This document shows positions 37,337-46,100 of a DNA stretch of 59,803 nt, piece after piece. The stretch is from a virus (Duplodnaviria; Caudoviricetes): positions 1 to 59,803 of the IMG/VR virus record IMGVR_UViG_3300033993_001438; one strand, written 5' to 3'. The notes beneath the pieces are model-generated. The model saw only the letters and a list, made by a program, of their open reading frames with translations, had not been told where the DNA came from and did not search any database. The first letter of the stretch is position 1. The number at the start of each line of letters is the position of its first letter. The translations under genes and the position numbers were made by a program.

Positions 37337-38335
37337 TTAGATCACTCCGTCCTTAACGAGTTGGCCCCGTAGTTGGTCCTCAAACGAACGCTTAGGCTTG
37401 GGAGCCCTGGGCTCCGTCGCCCCACCGCTCCTGCTGGGCGCACGCGTGGCACGCTCCCGCAAAAACTGCATGTTCGACTGCTCAACAGGCGACGGGGCGG
37501 GGGCCGGCGGCTCCATCGGAGCCTGCATCGGCGGCGGCGCCATCATCTGCTGATACCGCATGTTCAGCAGGTCGCGCTCCAGCATGCTGGTGGCGAATAC
37601 CCACCGGGCCTGCGGATCAGCGATACCTGACCGAGCTGCTTGATCGATGTAGTGCTGGATGGCGAGCCCCTCGTTGGAGACGCTGCCGTCCTGGTTGTAC
37701 AGCCAGTCGGAGTTCTGCTGCTCCAGCGACTGTACGTAGTTTTGTGTGGTGTACTGGCCCAGCTGCTGCTGGACGATTTCCTGGGCCTTCTGTTGGACCA
37801 GGTCCTCAACGAAAGGCTTGAGGGTGCCTTCCGGATCCGTGACGAACTTCTTGGCGAACTGCGCCGTGTAGGCCTGGTAGGACTTGATCGCGGCCTGCGC
37901 GTCCAGCGGAGCATCCTGGGCGATGATCTCGCGGCCAGACTCAGGGTCGCGAACGATGAACTGCTTCCACTCGTCGCGGACCTGCGGCGGATCCCACCAC
38001 TTGGGCTTCTGCGGCTGCGGCGGAGCGGCGGCCTGCTGCTGAGCGGCCTGCCACTTGCGGAACTGGTCGGCGTTGCGAGCGTACTCCGACGCGTACTCCT
38101 GGTACTGCCGGAGCTGCTGCTGGGCCTGACCGAAACCGTGGTAGGTCTGGTACAGGTTGCGAGCGATGGAGACGTCGTCCTGCCCGCGGAACTCAGGCAG
38201 CGACTTAAACGCGTCATACACGCTGCCCTGCGGCTGCGGAGACGCTTGCGTATCAGGCGAGTTGTCAACGATCTGCGGGGACGAATCAGACTCAGGGGCT
38301 TCCGCTACCTGGGACTGGATGTCTTCGTCGCTCAT
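37337..38335 (-). CDS. Capsid scaffolding protein
   Basis: Acidic N-terminus, Gln-rich coiled coil, Pro-rich tail; directly upstream of the MCP. Confidence 0.75.
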   Translation of the reverse strand: MSDEDIQSQVAEAPESDSSPQIVDNSPDTQASPQPQGSVYDAFKSLPEFRGQDDVSIARNLYQTYHGFGQAQQQLRQYQEYASEYARNADQFRKWQAAQQQAAAPPQPQKPKWWDPPQVRDEWKQFIVRDPESGREIIAQDAPLDAQAAIKSYQAYTAQFAKKFVTDPEGTLKPFVEDLVQQKAQEIVQQQLGQYTTQNYVQSLEQQNSDWLYNQDGSVSNEGLAIQHYIDQAARSGIADPQARWVFATSMLERDLLNMRYQQMMAPPPMQAPMEPPAPAPSPVEQSNMQFLRERATRAPSRSGGATEPRAPKPKRSFEDQLRGQLVKDGVI

Positions 38336-38442
38336 TACTTTCCTCTCTGACGGCAAAGGGGGTGCCTGAGGAAAGAGTGCCCCGGTGCGTCAATCCGCAA
38401 ACGGATTTTTCAGCGTTCTGGATTCGCGAACCTGGAACGGCG

Positions 38443-39216
38443 CTACGGGAGACGCAGCTGCGTGCGGACACTCGGCGTTGCGCGGAGCCTCCGGATCACA
38501 TCCCCACTGGAGTCGATGAGATACGCAGGCTTTCCCCCGCCGTAGCGAAGCGTTTGTGCCGCCCGCATGCCGCGGCCGATTGGCAGGCCGACGTACGTCA
38601 GCGGGTCTGTGCCGATGTCCAGGGCCATCACATTGCCGTCGCTGATCCCTAGGCGACTAGCAGACTCCCGCCAGTCCCGCGGTCCGCCAGGCCTGCCTTC
38701 GCCCATTGGCGGATACACAACGCCACCAAGGCCGCTTGCGAGAGATTGCAGTGCGCGGCCGGTGGCTCCAACTGCCTGGCGAGTCTCGTCCTGGCGTGGC
38801 CTGTCGGTGTATGGGTCAACCATCCGCCACTCGCCAGTATCAGGGTCCAGCATCTCGCGGGCGTTGTAGTCCTGGGCCGCAAGGATTGCTGCATCCCTGG
38901 CTCGCCCCGGGGCCCCAAACACGTAGGAGATCGCATCCAGCGGGAGGCTTGCGGCAACGCCCAGGTGCTGCGTGTACCGCGATGGTGAGTGCGTTGGCGT
39001 CGGCTCAAGGGAGCCGTAGTCCTGGGCCGCCCGGTACAGCACCTCCCGCTCGTCCACTGGAGGCCACGGAGATGGGGAGTTCTGCTGTAGGTGGCGGTAA
39101 ACGCCTCGGTCGCGTTCGATAACGCCCCTGGCAGTTTCCCACGCGTCTGCCTGGGCGCGACGCACACCAGCAATCTGCTCGTCTGTCAGCGGCGTCGGCT
39201 CAAAGTATCCGGCCAT
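38443..39216 (-). CDS. Hypothetical late protein
   Basis: 257 aa; its DPLTYVG motif also occurs (DPLTYAS) in the 1206-aa protein. Confidence 0.65.
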   Translation of the reverse strand: MAGYFEPTPLTDEQIAGVRRAQADAWETARGVIERDRGVYRHLQQNSPSPWPPVDEREVLYRAAQDYGSLEPTPTHSPSRYTQHLGVAASLPLDAISYVFGAPGRARDAAILAAQDYNAREMLDPDTGEWRMVDPYTDRPRQDETRQAVGATGRALQSLASGLGGVVYPPMGEGRPGGPRDWRESASRLGISDGNVMALDIGTDPLTYVGLPIGRGMRAAQTLRYGGGKPAYLIDSSGDVIRRLRATPSVRTQLRLP

Positions 39217-39218
39217 CG

Positions 39219-39560
39219 TCAGTACATCAGGGCACGGATGGCCGCGCCGTAGACGTCCGACTGGCTCTTCATCCGCATCAGCTCCTTCTCATGCTCCAGG
39301 CGGCGGGCTTCCCGGGCCTGGCTAGCACGGGACCGCATCTCGCCGTCGATGGCGCTGTTGACCTGGCCCGCGGCGGCGCCGAGCTGGCCGAAGTGCTGCC
39401 GAGCGCCCATCTGGGCCGTCACCGCTGGGTGGACGCCGCCCATGGAGTCGATGGCGTCTCCTCGCTCGCGGAGCCTGCGGTAGTAATCCTGGGCACGCTG
39501 CTGCCCCACAGCAGCCTGCTCGCGACGGATCTGAGCCAAAACGCCTTCGTCTTCGTCCAT
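39219..39560 (-). CDS. Hypothetical late protein
   Basis: GGAGG RBS; 113 aa. Confidence 0.7.
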   Translation of the reverse strand: MDEDEGVLAQIRREQAAVGQQRAQDYYRRLRERGDAIDSMGGVHPAVTAQMGARQHFGQLGAAAGQVNSAIDGEMRSRASQAREARRLEHEKELMRMKSQSDVYGAAIRALMY

Positions 39561-39572
39561 GGTGGTCCTCCG

Positions 39573-39959
39573 TTACCTATTGCCCTCTTTCCTCGCACGG
39601 CGAATCGCAAGCCGGACGAGCTGCTCTGCTGCCATGGGCACAAACGGCAGCAGGATCTTCTGCCGGGTATGCTCCTCCTGGAGCCAGCCGACGATTGTCT
39701 TGGCGTTCTGCTCGCACCAGTCGCAGCCCATGCGATCCATGTGGCTGGCTCGTCGCTCGCACCTGCAGCCCTTGCTGGGCTTCATGCCAAACCACGCCAG
39801 CATCTTCTTGAGCTGGGATCCGGCACCGCCGCGTGACAGCGCCGTCGCCCGGGGGATGAGCTGCAGGTCCTCGCGGGTGACCGGCACCCGGCCGCTTTCG
39901 ATGTGGTCGTACTTGCCGGGGAACCGCTTATGCAGGATGCGGACGTCCACGTAAATCAT
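39573..39959 (-). CDS. Cys-motif protein (GSQLK..L...G....CxC...A..MD..G.DWC)
   Basis: Resembles a family recalled from planctomycete (pro)phages; not verified by search. Confidence 0.65.
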   Translation of the reverse strand: MIYVDVRILHKRFPGKYDHIESGRVPVTREDLQLIPRATALSRGGAGSQLKKMLAWFGMKPSKGCRCERRASHMDRMGCDWCEQNAKTIVGWLQEEHTRQKILLPFVPMAAEQLVRLAIRRARKEGNR

Positions 39960-40258
39960 GGGCACTCCAGCTCCAAGCCCGTGTAGTTGGTGAAGTACGG
40001 CAGGGAGTCAAAGAACGGGAAGCAACGATTGTCGCAGCACCTTCCGGGTGCAGAGTCAACCACCGGAGCCCCGCAGATGTCGTTTCCAGGCGTGGACGCT
40101 ATTGACGAGGCGTACTCAAATGCGTCGTCCTCGTTGTCAAAGTACACATACAGGAAGTCGGCAGGGCACGTTGGATCGTCAATGTTGATGCTGCCTACGA
40201 TGTAGTAGTAGCAGTCCTCATCCACCTCGCATTCGCCCACACAGCATCTGCATACCAT
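39956..40258 (-). CDS. Cys-rich acidic protein
   Basis: MVCRCCVGECEVDEDC...; GAGGT RBS. Confidence 0.6.
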   Translation of the reverse strand: MVCRCCVGECEVDEDCYYYIVGSINIDDPTCPADFLYVYFDNEDDAFEYASSIASTPGNDICGAPVVDSAPGRCCDNRCFPFFDSLPYFTNYTGLELECP

Positions 40259-40316
40259 CGCGGCACCTCGGTCTGTCAGCAGTTCCAGGCTCGCCTGGCC
40301 TTGAGCGCCATGCGGC

Positions 40317-40637
40317 TCATCGGTATTCCGGCGGCAGCATGGGCGGCTCCTCCGCCGGAATGTACGTGTGACCGTACTGCCTGATCCAGTCGTTCATGCC
40401 GCTCGGCATCGCCCGGTTCGTCGTTTGCTCGCGGTGGTACAACCCTGCACGCCCGTCGCGCGGCCCAGCCAAAACGTCGCGCATCTGCATCATCCGCATC
40501 GCCTCGTAGTCGGATTCTGGCTGCAAGGGCGGCTCTTGGGGAAGCAGCGGCCCGACGTACAGGTCGCGCTCCATCGCTTGCCGGTTGAATCGCGGGTCGT
40601 TGACAAGTGATCGCAGATGTCGAATAAAATCGCTCAT
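40317..40637 (-). CDS. Hypothetical late protein (MSDFIRHLRSL)
   Basis: GGAGG RBS; TAATG coupling. Confidence 0.65.
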   Translation of the reverse strand: MSDFIRHLRSLVNDPRFNRQAMERDLYVGPLLPQEPPLQPESDYEAMRMMQMRDVLAGPRDGRAGLYHREQTTNRAMPSGMNDWIRQYGHTYIPAEEPPMLPPEYR

Positions 40638-40909
40638 TAGCACCTCCACGCTCGTAGGGACTTGTTGATCCGGCTGTCAGGGTCGTTGGCGGTTTCCTTG
40701 CTCGTCAGCTTGCGCTTCATGCCTTCCATCCTGGCACAGAACGAATCTCGGCGAGGCCCGCCCTCCGGCTGAGGCGCCTTGAGGTTCCCGCCAGTCTCAC
40801 GGTTGTAGGCCGCACGGCCTTTGGCATTGAGCCCGCCGTCTGGGTCCTGGCCTTCCCTGCGTGTCCACGCCGGGGATCGGAGGCGGCGGATGTTGTCCTC
40901 ACTTGCCAC
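40637..40909 (-). CDS. DUF6321-like small basic phage protein
   Basis: AWTRREG...GGLNAKGR...NLKAP...RRDSFCARM...DSRINKSLRAW.C. Confidence 0.8.
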   Translation of the reverse strand: MASEDNIRRLRSPAWTRREGQDPDGGLNAKGRAAYNRETGGNLKAPQPEGGPRRDSFCARMEGMKRKLTSKETANDPDSRINKSLRAWRC

Positions 40910-41045
40910 TGAGCTTCTCCCACTGCTTTTGGTCTGGGTAACTCTTGTCCCCAGGTTTGGCGGGCTTTTCGCCGCGCTCACGCCTGGCGTGGATGTTTGC
41001 CCACAGGCCCTTGAGCTTGCGGATCTTGTCGCCGTTCTCGTCCAT
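40899..41045 (-). CDS. Small basic phage protein (GLWANIHARRERG family)
   Basis: 48 aa, below the ORF-track cutoff; GGAGG RBS; resembles a common small phage family. Confidence 0.7.
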   Translation of the reverse strand: MDENGDKIRKLKGLWANIHARRERGEKPAKPGDKSYPDQKQWEKLSGK

Positions 41046-41094
41046 CAGTCCTCCATCCAGTCATCGGAGAAGAGGAAGTAGTAGGGGTCGTCCA

Positions 41095-42132
41095 TCACTC
41101 ATCCTCCCGGGGCATCATGGCCGGCACGGACAAGAGCCCGCCGTTGCGGATGAAGTTGCGGAGGACCCAGGCTGGAGTCTCGCCCATTCGCAGCCCCTGC
41201 TCCGCGGCTGTCGCCTCCACGGCATGCGGGAATGTGGGATCTCCAGACTCCACCCCCGTTACGTGCGCGCCGCCCATCCAGCGGGCCGACTGCAGCTCTG
41301 CCGGCGACAGGCCAGCCTGGTCAGCCAGTCGCTGCATCATCCGCTCGGCCACCACGTAGTCGTTCGGCGTTAGCTGGCCCTTGGCGTAGGCCTGCTCCCG
41401 CTTGTTCCAGACCTGCGGAACGCCCAGCCGCGCCCCCTCATGTCGGTCGCCGGTCCACGGGGCCAGGTTGCCTCTCAGGTTTTCTCGGAACGAGAGGATC
41501 TTGTGGGCCGCCCCAGGCTCAGAAGCGCGATGCAACTGATCGCCCCCAAGGAACCTGCTTGCCCACATCGCATCATTGATGCTGGCCACTGACCCGTACC
41601 CCGGCGGAGGCGGGTTGTCTGCAAGCCACTCCTTGGCTGCAGCCTTTGAGTCGATGTCCGACGGCAACAGCCCTTCCAGAGCCTTCTGCCGGTACCAGCT
41701 GGCCTTGCGGGTGTTGGACCGCACTGGGGCTGCGGAAGACGACCCAGCCACCATCGCGGTGAACAGGTCGAACTGGCGATTGCCCTCGCCCTCGCCAAGC
41801 TCCATGACGAACTGCTGCCGAAGCGGCTCGTTGTGGTACCAGGTGTGCGTACCCTGCTCCATGCCACGCTCAACGTCGCGAAGGATGGTCCTCTTGCGGT
41901 TGTTGAATCCGGCCTGGACGTCAGTCAGCGGCAGGCTCGTCTGGTAGCGGGCGATTGGAGACTGCTCCACGCCGACTACCGGAGCGACCTCGCGCATCTC
42001 CATCAGGTTCAGGGCAGGGGGGCGGACCTCTCTCAGCTGGCGGATGCGGGCCAGGATCTCATCGGCAGACCTGGCGGACGGCCGGACGGTCCACCTCAGG
42101 ACGTCGTCAGTGAGAGATGCTGGGTTGGCCAT
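41095..42132 (-). CDS. Protein resembling the HhH-glycosylase-like domain of phage polyvalent proteins
   Basis: TWY, A.SS...V..N, KILSF.ENL.G, TGDRH, ELQSARW pattern. Confidence 0.5.
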   Translation of the reverse strand: MANPASLTDDVLRWTVRPSARSADEILARIRQLREVRPPALNLMEMREVAPVVGVEQSPIARYQTSLPLTDVQAGFNNRKRTILRDVERGMEQGTHTWYHNEPLRQQFVMELGEGEGNRQFDLFTAMVAGSSSAAPVRSNTRKASWYRQKALEGLLPSDIDSKAAAKEWLADNPPPPGYGSVASINDAMWASRFLGGDQLHRASEPGAAHKILSFRENLRGNLAPWTGDRHEGARLGVPQVWNKREQAYAKGQLTPNDYVVAERMMQRLADQAGLSPAELQSARWMGGAHVTGVESGDPTFPHAVEATAAEQGLRMGETPAWVLRNFIRNGGLLSVPAMMPREDE

Positions 42133-42796
42133 ACAGACCAATGCACCCGGCGTCTTGCAACAAACTCAGGCGTGGTTTTCTTACGGCCAGAACCACGCGG
42201 CGCTAGAGGGTTGGAAAACTCCGGGCGGGCGACCACGTGGAGGAAAACCACGGGAAAGTAGGAGTTTTTGAAAAGTCCAGGGACAGTTATGACAACCAAC
42301 CACTCAGGTCTTGGGGGGCCTCCGGGGGTGGCCTCAAGCCCCCCGGCCGTCGCCGCAACCCGTGTCGTTGCAACGGGTTAGCCGTTCGGCCGGTCAAGCA
42401 CCGCCGAAAGCCGGGCCGCTGGTACGTGGCAAGGCCTGTCGCCACGGGCCCGGGCGGGATGCGGTGCATCGCCTCCCCTAGTCCAGTGTCCCGCGTGCGG
42501 TGTCCCGCGTGCGGTCCTGGTCCAGGTGCCGGGCACCGCCTGGTGCCGGTCGTCAGCTTGTCCGCCTGGTGGCGGTCGTCGTTGTACGGTTCCCGTGCTG
42601 AGCGGGCACGGGTCGCCCGCGGGTCGCCTGTCCGTCGCCTCCGACGGCTACCCCCCGCGGTAGGCTCGCCCGGTGCGGCCTGCTCATGGGCACGGCGGCG
42701 GGCGTCTGCGGTCTGCCGCTGGTCGCGGCGTGTACGGTCCCCCGGGCCGCGGGTGGGTCGCCTGTCTGGCGCTCTCTCACCCGCAGCCCGGTACGC

Positions 42797-43414
42797 TCAG
42801 CGACCGGCGTAGTACTCGGCCAGTTGGTCGCGGTAGTGGTCAAGGTCCGGCCCCTCCCGCCACACTGGGCCCGTACGGGCCGCGAGCGTGGCGTCAAGGT
42901 TGGGATCGGTCGCCAGCCGTGCGAAGCGGGCCCCTGCCACGGGCGTGGGCGTGGCCGGTCCGCTCCCGTAGACGCTGGGGGTGTGTCCCGGTTCGGCAAG
43001 GGCCCCCGGTCCGATCCCGTGAGCGGCGTGGATGCGGTCCACCGGCACCCCCAGCCGGTCCGCGTCGTCCGCCATGTCCGCGGGGCTGGGCGTTGTGCTG
43101 CGGCCCAGTGCCACGTTGACCACGTGGGCGTCCGCCTCGGCCTGTACCCCCTTCGTCTGCCTGTAGTTCGCCCGGTTGGCGTCCGGGTCCAGCACAATCC
43201 ACCCGCGGCGCTTCGCGAGGCCTACCATCCCCCACGCCGCATGGGCGGGGCCGTCCACCTGCTTACGGTAGGGTTTGGTGCGCTTCAGGATCGACAGCAT
43301 GGCATGCTGCGCCATGTCTTCGGCTCTGGCGTGGTCGATGCCTGCCTTGATGGCCTGCGATGCGACGATGCCACGGGCACGGGTCCACTCGGCGGCGGGG
43401 GCGTCTGCGAACAT
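42797..43414 (-). CDS. Early protein with a sigma region-2-like segment
   Basis: AEDMAQHAMLSIL resembles the ECF AEDLxQ motif; GAGG RBS; has its own promoter. Confidence 0.5.
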   Translation of the reverse strand: MFADAPAAEWTRARGIVASQAIKAGIDHARAEDMAQHAMLSILKRTKPYRKQVDGPAHAAWGMVGLAKRRGWIVLDPDANRANYRQTKGVQAEADAHVVNVALGRSTTPSPADMADDADRLGVPVDRIHAAHGIGPGALAEPGHTPSVYGSGPATPTPVAGARFARLATDPNLDATLAARTGPVWREGPDLDHYRDQLAEYYAGR

Positions 43415-43464
43415 GGTTCATATCCTCTGGGGTTTGGCTGCGGTGACTGCCGCAGCATGTGGGG

Positions 43465-43494
43465 ATTGTAAGCGGTGGGGGTGGGTGGTGTCAA
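43465..43494 (-). promoter_or_regulatory. Near-consensus sigma70 promoter
   Basis: TTGACA-N18-TACAAT, 50 bp upstream of ATG 43414. Confidence 0.75.
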
Positions 43495-43518
43495 GTTACA
43501 ATGTCGCAAGGCCCGGTG

Positions 43519-43734
43519 TCATACCCTCCGCCACTGCCACGTATGTACCACGCGACCGGCATCGTCCCGCATTGTAACGGCCATAGTCGCGGGGCGTCCG
43601 GCCTTGGTGATGCCTGCCCATACGTACCGGGCGTAGGCCAACGCGGCGGGTACGTGGGGCTGTCGGCTGGTGCGGTACCCTGCGATCCGGCGGTGGGCGG
43701 TGCGTGTCTCGGTCTGGCATTCGATCTGGAACAT
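43519..43734 (-). CDS. Hypothetical protein
   Basis: AGGAG RBS; 71 aa. Confidence 0.55.
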   Translation of the reverse strand: MFQIECQTETRTAHRRIAGYRTSRQPHVPAALAYARYVWAGITKAGRPATMAVTMRDDAGRVVHTWQWRRV

Positions 43735-43811
43735 GGGGACGGCTCCTGAGGGGGTGATACTCGCAGCCTCCCCCGGCACGGGCCCGGGGGAGGTTCGCGA
43801 GGGCCACCCGG

Positions 43812-44078
43812 TCAGGTCTTGCTCGCGAGCCGGTCGCCATTGGCGACCATGTAGGCGGTGATCGCCTGCACGTTGCTGGGGTCCAGCAGCCGTTCCCACT
43901 GGCTGCGGTAGAGCGTGACCGGGAACCGGCCCAGCCCGTAGACGCTGAGAGCGCCCTTTTCGCTCACCTTGTAACTGATGCGCTGTCCGGCGGCGGCGGC
44001 AGCCTTGAGCGTGGCCAGTTCGGCCCGCAGGGCCTCAAGTTCGGCGGCGGCGGTGTTGTCATTGGCGGGGCGGGGCAT
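43812..44078 (-). CDS. Conserved phage hypothetical protein (KVSEKGALSVYGLGRFPVTLY)
   Basis: Recognisable family motif; GAGG RBS. Confidence 0.75.
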   Translation of the reverse strand: MPRPANDNTAAAELEALRAELATLKAAAAAGQRISYKVSEKGALSVYGLGRFPVTLYRSQWERLLDPSNVQAITAYMVANGDRLASKT

Positions 44079-44333
44079 GGCATCGATCCTCTGAGTGTGT
44101 GACGTTCGGCGGCGGCGACGTTGCCACCGTTTCCCGTCACCATCACGTACAGCGGCGCACATTTCTTTTTCGTAAGGTTCCGCCGCCGCTGTACATGTAG
44201 ACGACGAGCGGCGGCGGCGTCCACGCGACGCAAACTCAAGCCCCGCCTGTACTTGCGGCTGGCATGCTGCCGGCCTTCCCACGGATTCCCCCCTTCCCGG
44301 GGGTTCCCAGTAGGCCCCCCCTGGGGGTGCCTC

Positions 44334-44377
44334 GTCGGTGCGGACAGCGGTTGGGGCTACCAGTCGGTGCGGACAGC
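44334..44377 (+). repeat. 15-bp direct repeat x2 upstream of the plus-strand early operon
   Basis: GTCGGTGCGGACAGC at 44334-44348 and 44363-44377. Confidence 0.7.
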
Positions 44378-44393
44378 ACAAGGAGTTACACCC

Positions 44394-45278
44394 ATGGCTT
44401 ACAAGATTGCGACGATCCTCCAGTCTGGCGAGGGCAATGCCAAGGTTTCCCACCATGGCACAGAGTACAAGGTGTTTACCATCTCTCTGGCCTCGTCTGA
44501 CTCATCTGGCCACAACGTATGCCCCAGGGCATTACGCCGGTCTGTCATGCAGTCCATGCTTGACGATGGCATGGACATCCATGAGATCGGCCAGTGGGCT
44601 AACAAGCGTGGCCTGTCTGTCTGCTCCGGGCCCTGTGTCACTTGGGAGGCAGGGCGGGGCAGGACTGATGCCGTGCGTGAGGCCAGGATCAACCTGACCA
44701 ACTGGCTGTTTGAGAACCCCCGTGGGTTCAAGGCGGCCCTGCTACGGCAGATGCATGGCCTGACCAAGTATCACACCGGGCAGCACATCGCCTGCCGGCC
44801 TGACCTGGACTCTGACGTCAAGTGGGAGAAGATCGCCCCGGAGATGTTCGACTATCCGTGGCAGTTCTGGGACTACACCAAGCTGTCTGAGCGTCTTGGC
44901 AGCGTCCCTGCCAACTACCACCTGACCTACTCCTACAACGACGGCACTACGGCCAAGGACTGGGAGCGTGTCTACCGCACCAAGTCCAGTATCGCCGTAG
45001 TGTTCGACTCCCTGTGGAACCCATGGGGCAACAAGTTTGGCTACCTGCCCTCCCATTGGCGTGATCCCAACGGGAAGGTCTGGCGTGTTGTTGACGGGGA
45101 TCGGCAGGAACTTCGGTTTCTTGACCCCACTGACGTCTGCGTTGGGCTTAGGCTCAAGGGCGACGAAGACAAGCGTGAGGATGCTTGCGAGGCGGAGTTT
45201 GCCGTGCCGTCCGGCCGTGACGGTGTTGGGGACATCCATCCGGCGGATGCCCCTGAGAACTACTACCTTTTGGCTTAG
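44394..45278 (+). CDS. Gp88-family protein
   Basis: SGHNVCP, C..PC....GRG, SDVKWE, FWDYTK, NYHLTYS, VDGD...LRFLD...VGLRLKG; AAGGAG RBS. Confidence 0.8.
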   Translation: MAYKIATILQSGEGNAKVSHHGTEYKVFTISLASSDSSGHNVCPRALRRSVMQSMLDDGMDIHEIGQWANKRGLSVCSGPCVTWEAGRGRTDAVREARINLTNWLFENPRGFKAALLRQMHGLTKYHTGQHIACRPDLDSDVKWEKIAPEMFDYPWQFWDYTKLSERLGSVPANYHLTYSYNDGTTAKDWERVYRTKSSIAVVFDSLWNPWGNKFGYLPSHWRDPNGKVWRVVDGDRQELRFLDPTDVCVGLRLKGDEDKREDACEAEFAVPSGRDGVGDIHPADAPENYYLLA

Positions 45279-45286
45279 GAGAAACC

Positions 45287-45646
45287 ATGCACCGGGAAAT
45301 CGCTGAACAGTGGATCGCTGCCCTGCGGTCCGGAAAGTACGAGCAGGGCCGCAACACCTTGCGTGACGGAGATTCCTTCTGCTGCCTTGGCGTGCTGTGC
45401 GACCTGTATGGCGCAACCTGGATTGAGCCCGGCGAGGATGCCGGGTGGATCTGCAAGGCAGGCAACAGCGAGACAGCAGTTCTGCCTAACGAAGTGCGTG
45501 AGTGGGCTGGCCTTATCGACGCTAACCCGCAAGTCACAATGCTTCATACCATTGCGGAACTCAACGACGGGGTCCTTGGCAGCCACAAGCCGTGGAGTTT
45601 CGACCGCATCGCCAACCTGATCGAAGAGAAGTGGAGTGCCCTGTGA
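45287..45646 (+). CDS. Conserved phage protein (W..ALRSG.Y.QG...FCCLGVLCD)
   Basis: Family motif; AGGAG RBS. Confidence 0.8.
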   Translation: MHREIAEQWIAALRSGKYEQGRNTLRDGDSFCCLGVLCDLYGATWIEPGEDAGWICKAGNSETAVLPNEVREWAGLIDANPQVTMLHTIAELNDGVLGSHKPWSFDRIANLIEEKWSAL

Positions 45647-45867
45647 GATACAGCGTTCGCATTGCCCCGCAGTACGAGGTCCGGTTCATCCGGCCCTCGC
45701 AAGTCCACTATGTCAGCGTGTGCTGGCATGCGTCCCGGGCCTACGGCTCCAGCCGGCATGAGCGCCTGCTGTACGTGGTCCGACATTTCGTCCGCAAGTT
45801 TCCTGAGTACGAAGGCCGTGCCACTGCCGTCTACAAGGACGTCTGTGGCCTTCTGGAGAACGTCTGA
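45643..45867 (+). CDS. Hypothetical protein
   Basis: GTGA coupling. Confidence 0.6.
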   Translation: MRYSVRIAPQYEVRFIRPSQVHYVSVCWHASRAYGSSRHERLLYVVRHFVRKFPEYEGRATAVYKDVCGLLENV

Positions 45868-46100
45868 TGGCACTGGATGAACTTGACGCACGCTCCCTGT
45901 CTGACCTGGACGAAGGCCGGGCAGTGGTTGTCCTGGGAGTGGACGGGACGACATGGGACACCATCGAAGGGTGCCAGGTCCGCATCTACTCCAACGACGA
46001 AGACTGGGACGTCAACGACGGCCCCATGGGTTACCGCGTCATCGACCTAGACGTACTTGTCCGACACTTCATCAAGACCAACCCCCTGAGGAACGCATGA
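45867..46100 (+). CDS. Hypothetical acidic protein
   Basis: TGATG coupling. Confidence 0.65.
   Translation: MALDELDARSLSDLDEGRAVVVLGVDGTTWDTIEGCQVRIYSNDEDWDVNDGPMGYRVIDLDVLVRHFIKTNPLRNA

Noticed and set aside
9641-37372. Long plus-strand ORFs (9641..11059, 12761..14527, 20051..21415, 27858..29336, 33787..35577, 35972..37372)
   Set aside because: They are antisense shadows of well-supported minus-strand genes in GC-rich DNA and show no recognisable motifs.
42486-42513. 14-bp tandem duplication GTGTCCCGCGTGCG
   Set aside because: Only two copies in low-complexity DNA; probably slippage.
42237-43471. ORFs 42237..42812, 42553..43197 and 42686..43471
   Set aside because: Arg/Pro/Gly-rich translations typical of non-coding GC-rich frames.
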